The notes: a model not told the origin generated them from the letters alone. Counted from the first letter of the stretch, positions 9,829-20,092 are shown. The stretch is 64,000 nt of DNA from Gemmatimonadales bacterium (GCA_041615815.1 JBFJCP010000023.1:1-64000); one strand, 5' to 3'. Program-made: numbers and translations.

Positions 9829-10656
9829 ATGGGTCGAGTCATCGCGATTGCGAATCAAAAGGGCGGCGTGGGCAAGACAACCACGGCGGTCAACCTCGCT
9901 GCGTCTTTGGCTGCCGCGGAGCGCACCACGTTGCTCATCGATGCCGATCCCCAGGCGAATGCAACCAGTGGGATCGGCACTCCCCCTGAGTCCATTCGCG
10001 AGACGCTGTACGACTCGCTGCTCGGCGACGTCCCGCTCGAAGACACCGTGCTGAAACAGGTGGGCTTTCCCAAACTCGATGTGGTGCCTTCGACCCAAGA
10101 TCTGGTCGCAGCGGAGATCGAACTTGTTGGACGCCCCGGTCGTGAATCGATCATGCGTCATACCCTAGCACCTTTGCGGAGCCGCTACGACATCGTCCTG
10201 ATTGATTGCCCGCCCTCGTTGGGATTGCTCACCCTCAACATGTTGACGGCTGCGGATTCTGTCCTCATTCCGATTCAGTGCGAATACTACGCGCTCGAGG
10301 GGTTGTCGCAGCTCCTAAACACGGTTCGTCTCGTGCAGCAGAATTGCAATGCGTCGCTCGCCATCGAAGGCGTATTGCTCACCATGTATGACGCACGCCT
10401 GAATCTCTCGCGTCAGGTGGGAACGGAAGCGAAAGAGTATTTCGGCGGGAAGGTCTACCGGACCGTCATACCACGAAACGTCCGCCTCGCCGAGGCGCCG
10501 AGCTTCGGGAAGCCGATCATCCTCTATGACGTGCAGTCCGTGGGCGCCAAGAGCTATCTCGCTTTGGCGCAAGAGCTGATCCGGCGCGTGGAAGCGGGCG
10601 CGGAAGCGGCGTTGAACGTGTCTGAGCTACCGGCAACCGTTCGGGCGTTGGTATGA
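9829..10656 (+). CDS. parA: Chromosome partitioning ATPase ParA/Soj
   Basis: NQKGGVGKTT deviant Walker A, DADPQANAT, DCPPSLG, IPRNVRLAEAPSFG. Confidence 0.97.
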   Translation: MGRVIAIANQKGGVGKTTTAVNLAASLAAAERTTLLIDADPQANATSGIGTPPESIRETLYDSLLGDVPLEDTVLKQVGFPKLDVVPSTQDLVAAEIELVGRPGRESIMRHTLAPLRSRYDIVLIDCPPSLGLLTLNMLTAADSVLIPIQCEYYALEGLSQLLNTVRLVQQNCNASLAIEGVLLTMYDARLNLSRQVGTEAKEYFGGKVYRTVIPRNVRLAEAPSFGKPIILYDVQSVGAKSYLALAQELIRRVEAGAEAALNVSELPATVRALV

Positions 10657-11543
10657 CGGCGCGCAGCGGTCGCACACGGTTGGGCCGCGGTCTGGAAGCG
10701 CTCCTCGGCCCGCAGAGCGTCGAGGAGGCTCAACGCGAAGGGACGTTGCGTGACCTAGCCGTTTCCTCCATACGACCCAATCCCTACCAGCCACGACGAG
10801 CCTTCGACGGCGATGCACTGCGGGAATTGACGGAGTCCATGCGGGCGTCCGGATTACTGCAACCCGTCGTCGTTCGTCCAGATACCGGTGGGAGCTTCGA
10901 GCTCATTGCGGGTGAGCGGCGGTGGCGCGCCGCACAAGAGCTGGGATGGCGCCATATCAGCGCGGTCGTGCGTGAGGTGGACGATCGCACGCTGCTCACG
11001 CTTGCACTCGTCGAGAACTTGCAGCGCGACGCGCTCTCGCCCATCGATGAAGCAAGGGGATATGCCCGCCTCATTTCGGAATTCTCGGTATCACAGGCGG
11101 AAGTTGGCGAACTGGTGGGTCGGGACCGATCAACGGTCGCGAACGCGCTCCGACTACTCAAGCTTCCCGATGACGTTCAGACGTTGGTGCACGCGGGTCG
11201 GCTTTCGACCGGGCACGCGAGGGCGCTGCTTCAAGTCGACGACATGCAAGAGTTGTCTCACCTGGCCCATGACGCGGTGGAACGTGGCCTCTCGGTGCGA
11301 GAGCTCGAGTCGCTGACTCGAGGCGACCGCGCGCCGTCGCGCCGTCCGCGACGCCGGCGTGGTCAGCGCCAGGTCGATCCGGAGACGCGGCGCGTCGAAG
11401 ATGCGTTACGACGCCGTCTCAAAACCGACGTCTTCGTGAGCAAGCGCGGCAAGGAAGCTGGCCGTATCACCGTTAACTTCTATTCCAACGACGACCTGGC
11501 ACGCCTCTTGGAAATCGTCCTCGGAGAGCGTTTCGACGGATGA
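10653..11543 (+). CDS. parB: Chromosome partitioning protein ParB/Spo0J
   Basis: LGRGLEAL ParA-binding peptide, NPYQPR, IAGERRWRA CTPase box, ENLQR, HTH RSTVANALRL. Confidence 0.97.
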   Translation: MTARSGRTRLGRGLEALLGPQSVEEAQREGTLRDLAVSSIRPNPYQPRRAFDGDALRELTESMRASGLLQPVVVRPDTGGSFELIAGERRWRAAQELGWRHISAVVREVDDRTLLTLALVENLQRDALSPIDEARGYARLISEFSVSQAEVGELVGRDRSTVANALRLLKLPDDVQTLVHAGRLSTGHARALLQVDDMQELSHLAHDAVERGLSVRELESLTRGDRAPSRRPRRRRGQRQVDPETRRVEDALRRRLKTDVFVSKRGKEAGRITVNFYSNDDLARLLEIVLGERFDG

Positions 11544-12331
11544 GCCGCCGCCCCGCCGTCACCATTCTGTTTCATCGGGACGGTGCGGTTGAGTCGCGCT
11601 CCTTCCGTGTCCCGGTGTGGATGCTCCGAATCGGCGCGATCGGCGGCACCACCGTCCTCGTGCTCATTCTCATTGGCGCCGCCCTGTATGCCCCCATTGC
11701 CCGTACAGCGGCACGTGTGCCGGCGCTCAACCGTGAGCTGGCACGCCTGCGCGCTGAGAATGCGCAGGTTCAGGAACTCGCCACTGCGCTTGCGCAGGTG
11801 GAGTCTCGCTACCAGCAGGTGCGGACCATGTTGGGTGGCGACGTCGTTCCGGAGCGCGGCGATGCCGATCGCACGTATCCCACCGCTCCCCCCGTATTCG
11901 CCGGTTACCCTGGGCCACCCTCGGCGAACTCCGGACCGTCAGTGCCGAATCGTTGGCCACTCGACACCCGTGGCGTCATTACACGAGGTCCCGCCGACGC
12001 CGGCGGCACGGCGGAAGCCCATGGCGGTCTCGACGTGGCCGTGCCACGGGGCACGCCGATCCGAGCCGCCGGCGGCGGCGTAGTGAAACAGGCCGGGTCC
12101 GATCCCGAATACGGGCTCTTCATCCTCGTGCAGCATCCAGATGGTTTCGAGAGCATGTACGGACACGCGTCGCGGCTTCTGGTGACGGCTGGGGACACCG
12201 TACCCGTTGGCCAGGTGATTGCGTTGTCCGGATCCACGGGCCGCTCCACCGCCCCGCATCTCCACTTTGAGATCCGGCGGGCGGGGCAGTACGTTGATCC
12301 ACGAACTGTAGTCAATCAGGAGGATCGCTAA
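11540..12331 (+). CDS. M23 family metallopeptidase with N-terminal TM and coiled coil
   Basis: HGGLD (HxxxD), YGH, GRSTAPHLHFE (HxH). Confidence 0.92.
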   Translation: MSRRPAVTILFHRDGAVESRSFRVPVWMLRIGAIGGTTVLVLILIGAALYAPIARTAARVPALNRELARLRAENAQVQELATALAQVESRYQQVRTMLGGDVVPERGDADRTYPTAPPVFAGYPGPPSANSGPSVPNRWPLDTRGVITRGPADAGGTAEAHGGLDVAVPRGTPIRAAGGGVVKQAGSDPEYGLFILVQHPDGFESMYGHASRLLVTAGDTVPVGQVIALSGSTGRSTAPHLHFEIRRAGQYVDPRTVVNQEDR

Positions 12332-12333
12332 CC

Positions 12334-12822
12334 ATGTCGGTATTCGGTTCTGGGGGCGATAGCGGCCGCGAGGCTCAGGGCCGCGGCCCGGTGCGCGATA
12401 ACAACCTGTCGATCGTGGCGCCCGGCATGACCATCGTCGGAGAACTCACCACGGATGGCGTCGTGAAGGTCGAGGGCGCGATCGAGGGGTGTGTGCGTGC
12501 GGGCCAGCAGGTGGTCGTGGCCAAAGGCGGCAAGGTCACCGGTGATGTTCACAGCCGCGAGGCCATCATCGGAGGCAACGTGGTCGGTGGGATCTACGCC
12601 GACGAACGAGTCGAAATACAGCGGGGATCGGTCATCAACGGCGACATTGAAGCGCAACGGATCGTCGTTCAGGAAGGAGCCGAGGTCAACGGCCATGTGC
12701 GGATGGGTCGACCGACCCGAGCGGCACGACATGCCGCGAGTCAGGCTGCGGAACGGAAACCCCAACGGCAAACGGCGCCGACGCGGGAACCCGCTGCCCC
12801 CGTGGGAGCGCCTCGACCCTAA
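12334..12822 (+). CDS. Bactofilin (polymer-forming cytoskeletal protein)
   Basis: SIVAPGMTIVGEL...VKVEGAIEG...INGDIEAQRIVVQEGAEVNG beta-helix repeats; follows the M23 gene. Confidence 0.92.
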   Translation: MSVFGSGGDSGREAQGRGPVRDNNLSIVAPGMTIVGELTTDGVVKVEGAIEGCVRAGQQVVVAKGGKVTGDVHSREAIIGGNVVGGIYADERVEIQRGSVINGDIEAQRIVVQEGAEVNGHVRMGRPTRAARHAASQAAERKPQRQTAPTREPAAPVGAPRP

Positions 12823-12832
12823 GACCTGCCGT

Positions 12833-13591
12833 ATGGCCGTCCCTTTGTCCCACATCACCGACTATCTCGACCAATACCTCCGCATTCGCGAGGTGCCGGA
12901 CGAAGATCAGGCCCTCAATGGGCTACAGGTGGAAAACGGGGGATCCGTCACTCGCATCGGCGCGGCGGTCGACGCCTGCCAGGCAACCATCGACGCTGCG
13001 GCGGAACGCGGCATCGATCTCCTCCTGGTCCATCACGGACTCTTTTGGGGTGGGCTGCAACCGATTACCGGCCGGCACGCACGACGGATCCGACGGTTGC
13101 TGGATGCCGACATCGCCGTATACGCGGCGCATATTCCCCTGGATTGCCACCCCGACGTTGGCAACAATGTCGTGTTGGGCCGCCAGCTCGGTCTCGAGGA
13201 CACCACGTGGTTCGGTGACTATCGAGGTGTGGCCATCGGAGTGGCCGGGATCCTCGACACGTCCCTTCGTGAGCTCGTCAACCGCATTCGTACGACCCTC
13301 AACGTCGAACCGCACACCATCGCATCCGGTCCAGAACGCGTGAGCCGAGTGGGCATCATCACTGGTGGAGCGGGCAACATGATTCGCTCCGCCCGCGACG
13401 CTGGGCTGGATACATTCATTACTGGTGAGGGAGCCCACTACACGCACTTCGATGCGGAGGAGTGGGGGTTGAATGTCGTCTACGCCGGTCATTACGCCAC
13501 CGAAACGGTGGGAGTAAAGGCGTTGGCGTCACACTTGGAGGAGCGGTTTGGCCTACGGTGGGAGTTCTTGGATCACCCTACCGGACTGTAA
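12833..13591 (+). CDS. Nif3-like dinuclear metal center protein (YbgI family)
   Basis: NGLQV, LLVHHGLFW, HIPLDCHP..GNN, FITGE, GHYATE; ATG at 12833. Confidence 0.92.
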   Translation: MAVPLSHITDYLDQYLRIREVPDEDQALNGLQVENGGSVTRIGAAVDACQATIDAAAERGIDLLLVHHGLFWGGLQPITGRHARRIRRLLDADIAVYAAHIPLDCHPDVGNNVVLGRQLGLEDTTWFGDYRGVAIGVAGILDTSLRELVNRIRTTLNVEPHTIASGPERVSRVGIITGGAGNMIRSARDAGLDTFITGEGAHYTHFDAEEWGLNVVYAGHYATETVGVKALASHLEERFGLRWEFLDHPTGL

Positions 13592-13608
13592 CTCGTCTTG
13601 CCGGCGGC

Positions 13609-13914
13609 TCACGCCCCTTTCAGTGGTACTACAAAGCGCACGCAGAGGGTTTCTGACGTTTGCGGTGTGACACGACAGAAACACTGTTCGCCAATCAGCC
13701 GCTTGACACCCAGCACCTCCGACTCATCGATACTGGGAACATCTCGATAGACGATTTCGATCGTCTGTCCCGCAATCACTCGGTAGCTCACAGGCCGCCC
13801 GGTCAGGCGACGATGCGGGTCAACTTCGCGGAGACGACTGTTGAGGCGATGCTGGATCTCATCCAGACGAGCGCGGAGCGCCGGATCGGTTATCGAGGGA
13901 GGGACGTCGGCCAC
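13609..13914 (-). CDS. Hypothetical protein (about 101 aa)
   Basis: GTG start with GAGG RBS overlapping the queG 3' end; globular-looking sequence fills the gap. Confidence 0.65.
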   Translation of the reverse strand: MADVPPSITDPALRARLDEIQHRLNSRLREVDPHRRLTGRPVSYRVIAGQTIEIVYRDVPSIDESEVLGVKRLIGEQCFCRVTPQTSETLCVRFVVPLKGA

Positions 13915-14861
13915 GAAGAGGCCTCGCCGATGTTGTGGAGAGCGATTCGGGCGTTGCGTCGCATGCCGTTTGGACCGGGACGTTCGAGCGCCGTCCAGCC
14001 GAAGCGTGAGTCGAACGCGTCGTCCGTAATCGTTGCCAGCTCGAGGAGGTCGAGCGAGGCGAGAGCGGGGTCCGCGCCGAGTTGGGAGTCGGCATCCGCG
14101 ACGGCGAACTTGACGTTCCACGGACACACATCCTGGCAGATATCGCAGCCAAAGACCCAATCTCCCATCGCTTCATGTATCGACGGGTCGATCTCCCCCC
14201 GGTGCTCAATGGTCAAATAGGAAATGCACCGCCGGCTGTCCAGCACGCGCTCCTCTGGGAAGGCGTCGGTCGGGCAGGCGTCCAAGCAGCGGCGACAGGA
14301 TCCACACCGATCGGCCTCGAACGGTTGGTCCACCGCGATTTCGAGGTCCGTGAGCACCGCGGCGAGAAAGAAATACGATCCACGCGTTGGATCTATGAGC
14401 ATCGTGTTCTTTCCGATCCAGCCAAGTCCAGCCCGTTGCGCCAGCTCGCGCTCGGGCACGGGACCGAAGTCGACATACCATTTTGCGATGGTGTCTGGGG
14501 TCCCGAGTGAGCGAACGTACTGCGCCAGCTCCTGAAGCGGGGGTTTCAATGCCACGTGGTAGTCCTCGCCACGGGCGTATTTGGCCACACGTCCGGTCCC
14601 GGTGTGGGGCGGGGGATCCGGTTGGAAGTAGTTCTTGACCAGCACTACTGCGCGGCCGGCACCGGCCACGATCGTCCGCGGGTCCAGGCGTCGAGACGCC
14701 TGGTGGGACATATAGGTCATCGTGCCGGCCATGCCGACCTCGAGCCATCGACGGAAGGCCTCGGCGTGTGGTGGTGGCTGGAGATCGGTGATGCCCACGG
14801 CATCGAACCCAACCTCCCGGCTCCGTCGCTTGATCAAGCCCGCGCGACGCTCCGGCGTCAT
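13890..14861 (-). CDS. queG: Epoxyqueuosine reductase QueG
   Basis: YARGEDYH, ERELAQRAGLGWIGKN, CGSCRRCLDACPT, CISYLTIE, GCDICQDVCPWN. Confidence 0.96.
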   Translation of the reverse strand: MTPERRAGLIKRRSREVGFDAVGITDLQPPPHAEAFRRWLEVGMAGTMTYMSHQASRRLDPRTIVAGAGRAVVLVKNYFQPDPPPHTGTGRVAKYARGEDYHVALKPPLQELAQYVRSLGTPDTIAKWYVDFGPVPERELAQRAGLGWIGKNTMLIDPTRGSYFFLAAVLTDLEIAVDQPFEADRCGSCRRCLDACPTDAFPEERVLDSRRCISYLTIEHRGEIDPSIHEAMGDWVFGCDICQDVCPWNVKFAVADADSQLGADPALASLDLLELATITDDAFDSRFGWTALERPGPNGMRRNARIALHNIGEASSWPTSLPR

Positions 14862-15199
14862 AGGTGCATCACCTCACGGCGCCATCGAGCAAACCGTTCG
14901 ATATCTGCGGCCGGTGGGACCGCGTGCTCGTCACCGTAGGCTGTGTGCATACGCCAGCGTATGTACTCAGTCGGAGGAAGGGGGAGAAATGGAGCGCGAC
15001 GGTACCAGCCGCGCCGCCGGAACGCCCAGACCAAACGAATGAGGTCGAGCGCGAGCCGCGGACGGAACGCCGCGCGCGCGCCGAGCCGGAGCGCGAGGGA
15101 TGCCCAGCCGGGCTGCCGATCAGGCGCGGCGGCTCGAGGCGCCGGGTCCCTATCTGCCGCTGGAGAGACGTTGGTCTCTCGCTCGATCGATGAATCCAT
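14858..15199 (-). CDS. Conserved hypothetical protein
   Basis: W..R.PFLPLP..Y..WR..TAYG motif; stop overlaps the queG start; start uncertain. Confidence 0.65.
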   Translation of the reverse strand: MDSSIERETNVSPAADRDPAPRAAAPDRQPGWASLALRLGARAAFRPRLALDLIRLVWAFRRRGWYRRAPFLPLPPTEYIRWRMHTAYGDEHAVPPAADIERFARWRREVMHL

Positions 15200-15392
15200 G
15201 CCGGACGTGGCTCCCCTTGTGCGCTGATTTACCTTACCCCCCATCTTCATACTTGTATATTGGCCACGATGATCAGGGGATGCGAGCGCGGCGGGCATTG
15301 CCACCTCGCTCTTGTCTGGCACGGTAGTCCTAGGCTGGGTGCCTTTCGGAGGTAAGGCGGGTGCCGTCGGTCAAGGGAAAGGACAACGCGAG

Positions 15393-16538
15393 ATGTCGGA
15401 TACCAAGCACCGAATACTCACAGGACGGTCTATCGATCCGCGTCCGGTTACCGGTGAGGAACGCGTGGTCGATCTGGTCGACAATGCGTTTCTCGCATAC
15501 AACGCCGGACGGCTCAGAGAGGCGTGCCAACTCTTCGCGGACCGCATGCTCGCCGATAACGCGACCGTCGGCATGAGCCTCACGGGCGCCATGACGCCGG
15601 CGGGACTCGGGATGTCCACGATTATCCCTCTGTTGGAGGCCGGCTTCGTGGACTGGATCGTCTCGACTGGGGCCAACCTGTATCACGATGCACACTTTGG
15701 GCTGGGGTTCTCCCTTCACCGAGGCTCACCGGCCGCGGATGACGTCGAGCTGCGCGAACAGGGGGTCGTACGGATCTACGACATCTTCTTTGACTATGCC
15801 GTCCTGCTGCGAACCGACGAGTTCATTCGCCGCGTGTCCCAACGGGACGAGTTCCAGCACGCCATGAGCACCGCCGAGTATCACTATCTGCTCGGCGGTT
15901 ACGTTCGAGAACGGGAACGCGCCCTCGGGCTCACGCACAAGTCTCTCTTGGGGGTCGCCCATGCGCATGGTGTGCCCATCTACACCTCCTCGCCCGGCGA
16001 CTCGTCCATCGGCATGAACGTCGCAGAGTTGGCCATCGAGAACTTCGCGTTGCGGTTCGACGTCTCCGCGGACGTCAACGAGACGGCGGCCCTCGTCCTG
16101 GACGCGAAGCGGAACGACGGCAAGAGCGGAGTCCTCATCGTGGGTGGTGGGAGTCCCAAAAACTTCGTTCTCCAAACGGAACCGCAGATTCAGGAGGTGC
16201 TCGGCATCGAAGAGCGCGGCCACGATTACTACTTGCAGCTCACGGATGCACGACCAGATACCGGGGGGCTGTCCGGCGCCACACCCGGCGAGGCCGTGAG
16301 CTGGGGGAAGGTGGACCCCGATCGCTTGCCGGATTCCGTGGTCTGCTACGTCGATGCCACCATTGGGCTTCCTCTCCTCACCTCCTACGCCCTGGCAAAG
16401 CGGAAACCTCGGGCGCAGAAGCGCCTGTACGATCGACGGGAGGACATGCTCGCGCGGCTGATCAAGGCCTATCACTCCGCACGTGAGTTTCGCGATTCGC
16501 GGCTCAAGGCCGAGGCGCTTCCGGGCGTGGAACCCTGA
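15393..16538 (+). CDS. Deoxyhypusine synthase-like protein (probable SpeY-type homospermidine synthase)
   Basis: [35 protein letters not shown] with the active-site Lys. Confidence 0.88.
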   Translation: MSDTKHRILTGRSIDPRPVTGEERVVDLVDNAFLAYNAGRLREACQLFADRMLADNATVGMSLTGAMTPAGLGMSTIIPLLEAGFVDWIVSTGANLYHDAHFGLGFSLHRGSPAADDVELREQGVVRIYDIFFDYAVLLRTDEFIRRVSQRDEFQHAMSTAEYHYLLGGYVRERERALGLTHKSLLGVAHAHGVPIYTSSPGDSSIGMNVAELAIENFALRFDVSADVNETAALVLDAKRNDGKSGVLIVGGGSPKNFVLQTEPQIQEVLGIEERGHDYYLQLTDARPDTGGLSGATPGEAVSWGKVDPDRLPDSVVCYVDATIGLPLLTSYALAKRKPRAQKRLYDRREDMLARLIKAYHSAREFRDSRLKAEALPGVEP

Positions 16539-16541
16539 GCG

Positions 16542-18152
16542 TCACTGGCCGCTGAACACTTCGTCGCGAAACGTGTTGACCCGCTGGACCTCCTGCAGGT
16601 ACGCAGCGAGTTCCGACGCGGTGCGCGCCGCATCCCAATCCATCTCCGCGGCTGCGAACTCTGCAACGGCGGCGGCCTGACCAACGGCCTGGCCGGGGCT
16701 CTCGAAGAACAGACGGGTCCGGCGCATGAGAAGGTCGCTCAAGGTGATGGCCATCTCGCGGCGCATGGCGTGGAGCAGTTCTCCCCACAACACCGGGGAT
16801 CCCGCCACCACGGGTTCGCCGAGTCGAGGATCCGCTCTCGCGGCGCGCACAATCGCCGGCGTTTCGCTGCCGTGCGCTCGGACGAGATGTTCCGCAATCG
16901 CTCCGGGGAGACCACCGCCAATGAGATCTGCAATGAGGACGTTGGGATCTCGAACCTCTCCGCCCGTTAGAGGCCGACGGTCTGTCGGCGACCGGGCGGC
17001 CCGGCCACCACCGTGTCGGTCTCGAAGGCGACGAGCCACCCGATCCACCACCGCCGCGGCGATCCGCCGGTGCAGCGTGAGCGTTCCACCGATTACGGAG
17101 ATCAACCCGGCTGCATCCTCCACAATCGCATATTCTTGCCCAGGGTGGTTGGCGATCTCGGGCTTCGGTCGCACCCACAGCCCAGCCCACGCCGCCTGCA
17201 CATCTTCCGGCGTCAGTCGCGCGCTGGGGTACAGTGCGTTCGCCGAGCGCAGGAGATAGACCACATCCTCCGCTGTCGCGCGCACATCGTCTGGGTGTTC
17301 TGTGGACTCGGTGTTGGTGGCGCCGATGCACGTGAGATCCCCGCTGGGCACGAGAAACAGCATTCGATCGTCGATGGGGGTCAGCGCCGCCACGGCTCCG
17401 TGTTGCCCAAGGCGGTGTCGGGGCACCAAAATGTGCACCCCCCTGTTGTACAGGAGCGCGCGGGTGGCGGTCCCCAGTGTGCCCCGAAGTTCGTCAGACC
17501 AGGGACCGGTGGCGTTCACAACGACGGCGGCACGTACCGTGCAAACCCTGTCCGAGGTCCGGTCCAGAACGGTGGCACCAGAGACGCGATTCTCGGCCAT
17601 CTCGAACCGCTCACTCTGGGCATAGTTGGCCACCAAGGCCCCGTGCCGGTGTGCGTCTCGGATGGAGGCCAGCGTCAGACGGGCGTCGTTGCACCACGCT
17701 TCGAAGAAGCTGGCGCCGCCGATGAGGCCGCGCTGACGGAGGCCGGGCTCGGCACGGATCACGGCCGCCTTGCCCATCCTTCGATGGCGGCGCACGTTTC
17801 TAAAGAGGGAGAGGAGATCATAGATCCACAGGGCCGCCTCGAGCTTGAGGACGGACAGCCGCCCGCCCTCGTGCAGGGGAAAGACGAACTTCTGAGGCAC
17901 GACGAGGTGGGGAGCGATGTCGCGGAGGATTGCGCGCTCCCGACAAGCGTCAAACACGGACCGCCAACGCCCCTGAATGACATGCTCCAAGTTGCCGTGG
18001 ATCAGACCCGACGATCGAGAACCGGTTCCGGCGGCGAAATCTCCTCGGTCAATGAGCGCGGTTCTCATCCCCCGCATCGCGGCATCACGAGCGATAGCGG
18101 CGCCCGCAATCCCGGCGCCAATGACGAGCAGATCGAGCCGATGCGTGGCCAT
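16542..18152 (-). CDS. GlpD/GlpA-like FAD oxidoreductase with a diverged active site
   Basis: GAGIAG FAD motif, DARL, NATGPW, EMAITLSDLLMRRTRL C-terminal domain; substrate residues altered (see findings). Confidence 0.85.
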   Translation of the reverse strand: MATHRLDLLVIGAGIAGAAIARDAAMRGMRTALIDRGDFAAGTGSRSSGLIHGNLEHVIQGRWRSVFDACRERAILRDIAPHLVVPQKFVFPLHEGGRLSVLKLEAALWIYDLLSLFRNVRRHRRMGKAAVIRAEPGLRQRGLIGGASFFEAWCNDARLTLASIRDAHRHGALVANYAQSERFEMAENRVSGATVLDRTSDRVCTVRAAVVVNATGPWSDELRGTLGTATRALLYNRGVHILVPRHRLGQHGAVAALTPIDDRMLFLVPSGDLTCIGATNTESTEHPDDVRATAEDVVYLLRSANALYPSARLTPEDVQAAWAGLWVRPKPEIANHPGQEYAIVEDAAGLISVIGGTLTLHRRIAAAVVDRVARRLRDRHGGGRAARSPTDRRPLTGGEVRDPNVLIADLIGGGLPGAIAEHLVRAHGSETPAIVRAARADPRLGEPVVAGSPVLWGELLHAMRREMAITLSDLLMRRTRLFFESPGQAVGQAAAVAEFAAAEMDWDAARTASELAAYLQEVQRVNTFRDEVFSGQ

Positions 18153-18204
18153 CGTGGCGAGATCCGCGGCGCGGGACAGATGGGAGAAAGGAGCGTCCAT
18201 TAGC

Positions 18205-18747
18205 GTGTCAGAAACCAAGGTCTGCAACATTCCCAGTCCCTGGTTCGTGTGGCATGCTGACGTGATTGGGGAGGGGTGTCGCGTGCTCGACATCGCCTGT
18301 GGACAAGGACGACACGCAATCGCCGCGGCGCGGCTCGGGGCTCACGTCGTGGCCTTGGACGCAGACGGAGACAACCTCAGCGCGGCCGAAGAAGCGGCGA
18401 AACTGGCCGGTGTTCGGGTCGAGTGGGTGCGGACGGATCTCGAACGAGACCCACTGCCCCCGGGGGTGTTCGACGTCGTCACCATCTTCAACTATTTGGA
18501 CCGGGCCCGCATGCCGACATTCCTCCAGGCGGTGGCTCCCGGCGGATGGGTGTTGCTCGAGACGTTCCTCGAGCAGCAACGTGAGTTTGGGTGGGGACCC
18601 TCGTCGCCCGATCACCTCTTGAGGCCTGCGGAAATCATCTCGCTGGTTCAGCCCTTTGAAATCATGCTTGCTCGGGACGTCATCGAGACCATCGACGGAC
18701 AGCAGATGGCGCTCGCCTCCGTGCTGGCGCAACGGCCCGTGGAATGA
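18205..18747 (+). CDS. Class I SAM-dependent methyltransferase (TehB-like)
   Basis: VLDIACGQGRH motif I, FDVVTIFNYLDR, PGG, LLRPAEI; GTG at 18205, divergent from the glpD-like gene. Confidence 0.85.
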   Translation: MSETKVCNIPSPWFVWHADVIGEGCRVLDIACGQGRHAIAAARLGAHVVALDADGDNLSAAEEAAKLAGVRVEWVRTDLERDPLPPGVFDVVTIFNYLDRARMPTFLQAVAPGGWVLLETFLEQQREFGWGPSSPDHLLRPAEIISLVQPFEIMLARDVIETIDGQQMALASVLAQRPVE

Positions 18748-18797
18748 TGGATTGTCGACGCTAGCAACGCTACTCCCCACAAACTAGCTTTGGTACC

Positions 18798-20090
18798 ATG
18801 AATACCATGCACAATGGACGGCGTGTGGCCGTAGTGGGTGGATGCCGCACTCCGTTCTGCCGGGCGGGCACGGTTCTCAGGGACTACACGGCGGTCGATC
18901 TCGCGAAACATGCCACCGTTGAGCTCGTGCACCGCACGAACCTCGATGGGAATGTGGTGGATGCGATGTTCTTCGGGGAGGTGGTGCCGAGTCCGCTGGC
19001 GCCGAACCTAGCCCGGGAAGTGAGCCTTCTGCCGCAGTTCCCAAAACACGTTCCCGCAGCCTCGGTGAATCGCGCCTGTGCCTCGGCCAACGAAGCCATC
19101 GCCCAAGGCTTTCATCAGATCGAACACGGACACGCCGATGTCGTGATCGCGGGGGGTGCCGAAAGCCTCTCGCAGGTTCCCATCCTGCATTCACGGCGAT
19201 TTTCCGATCTTCTCATCGGTCTCAGCAAGGCCAAGACACCGGCCGCGAAACTGGCATTGATATCGACGCTGCGGCCAAAAGATCTGATCCCTGTGAGTCC
19301 CGCCATAGCTGAGCCGTCTACCGGCGAGACCATGGGGCAGTCGGCCGAGAAAATGGCGAAGATCAACCACATTTCTCGGGAAGCGCAGGACGAGTTCGCA
19401 CTCCGCAGCCATCAACTCGCCCATGCTGGGACGGAAGACGGAAGATTGGTGGACGAGATCGCGCCTGTTTTTGTTCGCGGCAGCGAGGCGATAATCAGCG
19501 ATAACGGTATTCGGGCGGACACGAGCTTGGAGAAAATGGCGGCCCTACGACCGGTGTTCGATAAGAAGTACGGCACCGTGACGGCGGCGAATGCCTCACC
19601 CCTCACCGACGGGGGGGCAGCGGTCCTGCTCATGCACGAGGACGCCGCCCGGAGCCTTGGGTACGAGCCGCTCGCGTACATCCGGTCCTACGCCGTGGCG
19701 GCGTTGGATCCCGGCGATCAACTCCTGATGGGTCCCGCGTACGCGGTGCCCAAGGCGCTCGACCGCGCGGGGATTCCCTGGCGAGAGCTCGGAGTGGTGG
19801 AGATGCACGAGGCGTTCGCCGCGCAGGTGCTCTCCAATATCCAAGCCTTCGAGTCGCGCACGTGGGCAGAAGAGCGGCTGGGACGGACCAGTCCGATTGG
19901 CGAGGTGAACTGGGACACGCTGAACGTGATGGGCGGCTCCATTGCCATCGGACATCCCTTCGGAGCCACCGGCGCGCGCATCACACTCACACTCGCGAAT
20001 GAAATGCGTCGCCGAGATGTTCAATTCGGGTTGATATCGGTCTGTGCGCAGGGCGGGATGGGATTCGCAATGGTTTTGGAGCGTCGCTGA
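18798..20090 (+). CDS. fadI: 3-ketoacyl-CoA thiolase FadI
   Basis: RTPF, NRACAS, HEAFAAQ, GHPFGATG, CAQGG; paired with fadJ. Confidence 0.93.
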   Translation: MNTMHNGRRVAVVGGCRTPFCRAGTVLRDYTAVDLAKHATVELVHRTNLDGNVVDAMFFGEVVPSPLAPNLAREVSLLPQFPKHVPAASVNRACASANEAIAQGFHQIEHGHADVVIAGGAESLSQVPILHSRRFSDLLIGLSKAKTPAAKLALISTLRPKDLIPVSPAIAEPSTGETMGQSAEKMAKINHISREAQDEFALRSHQLAHAGTEDGRLVDEIAPVFVRGSEAIISDNGIRADTSLEKMAALRPVFDKKYGTVTAANASPLTDGGAAVLLMHEDAARSLGYEPLAYIRSYAVAALDPGDQLLMGPAYAVPKALDRAGIPWRELGVVEMHEAFAAQVLSNIQAFESRTWAEERLGRTSPIGEVNWDTLNVMGGSIAIGHPFGATGARITLTLANEMRRRDVQFGLISVCAQGGMGFAMVLERR

Positions 20091-20092
20091 TC

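Noticed and set aside
15300..15392. Possible riboswitch or sigma54 promoter upstream of the DHS-like gene
   Set aside because: Only a short TTCG hairpin with no recognisable riboswitch core; TGGCACG at about 15316 lacks GC at -12.
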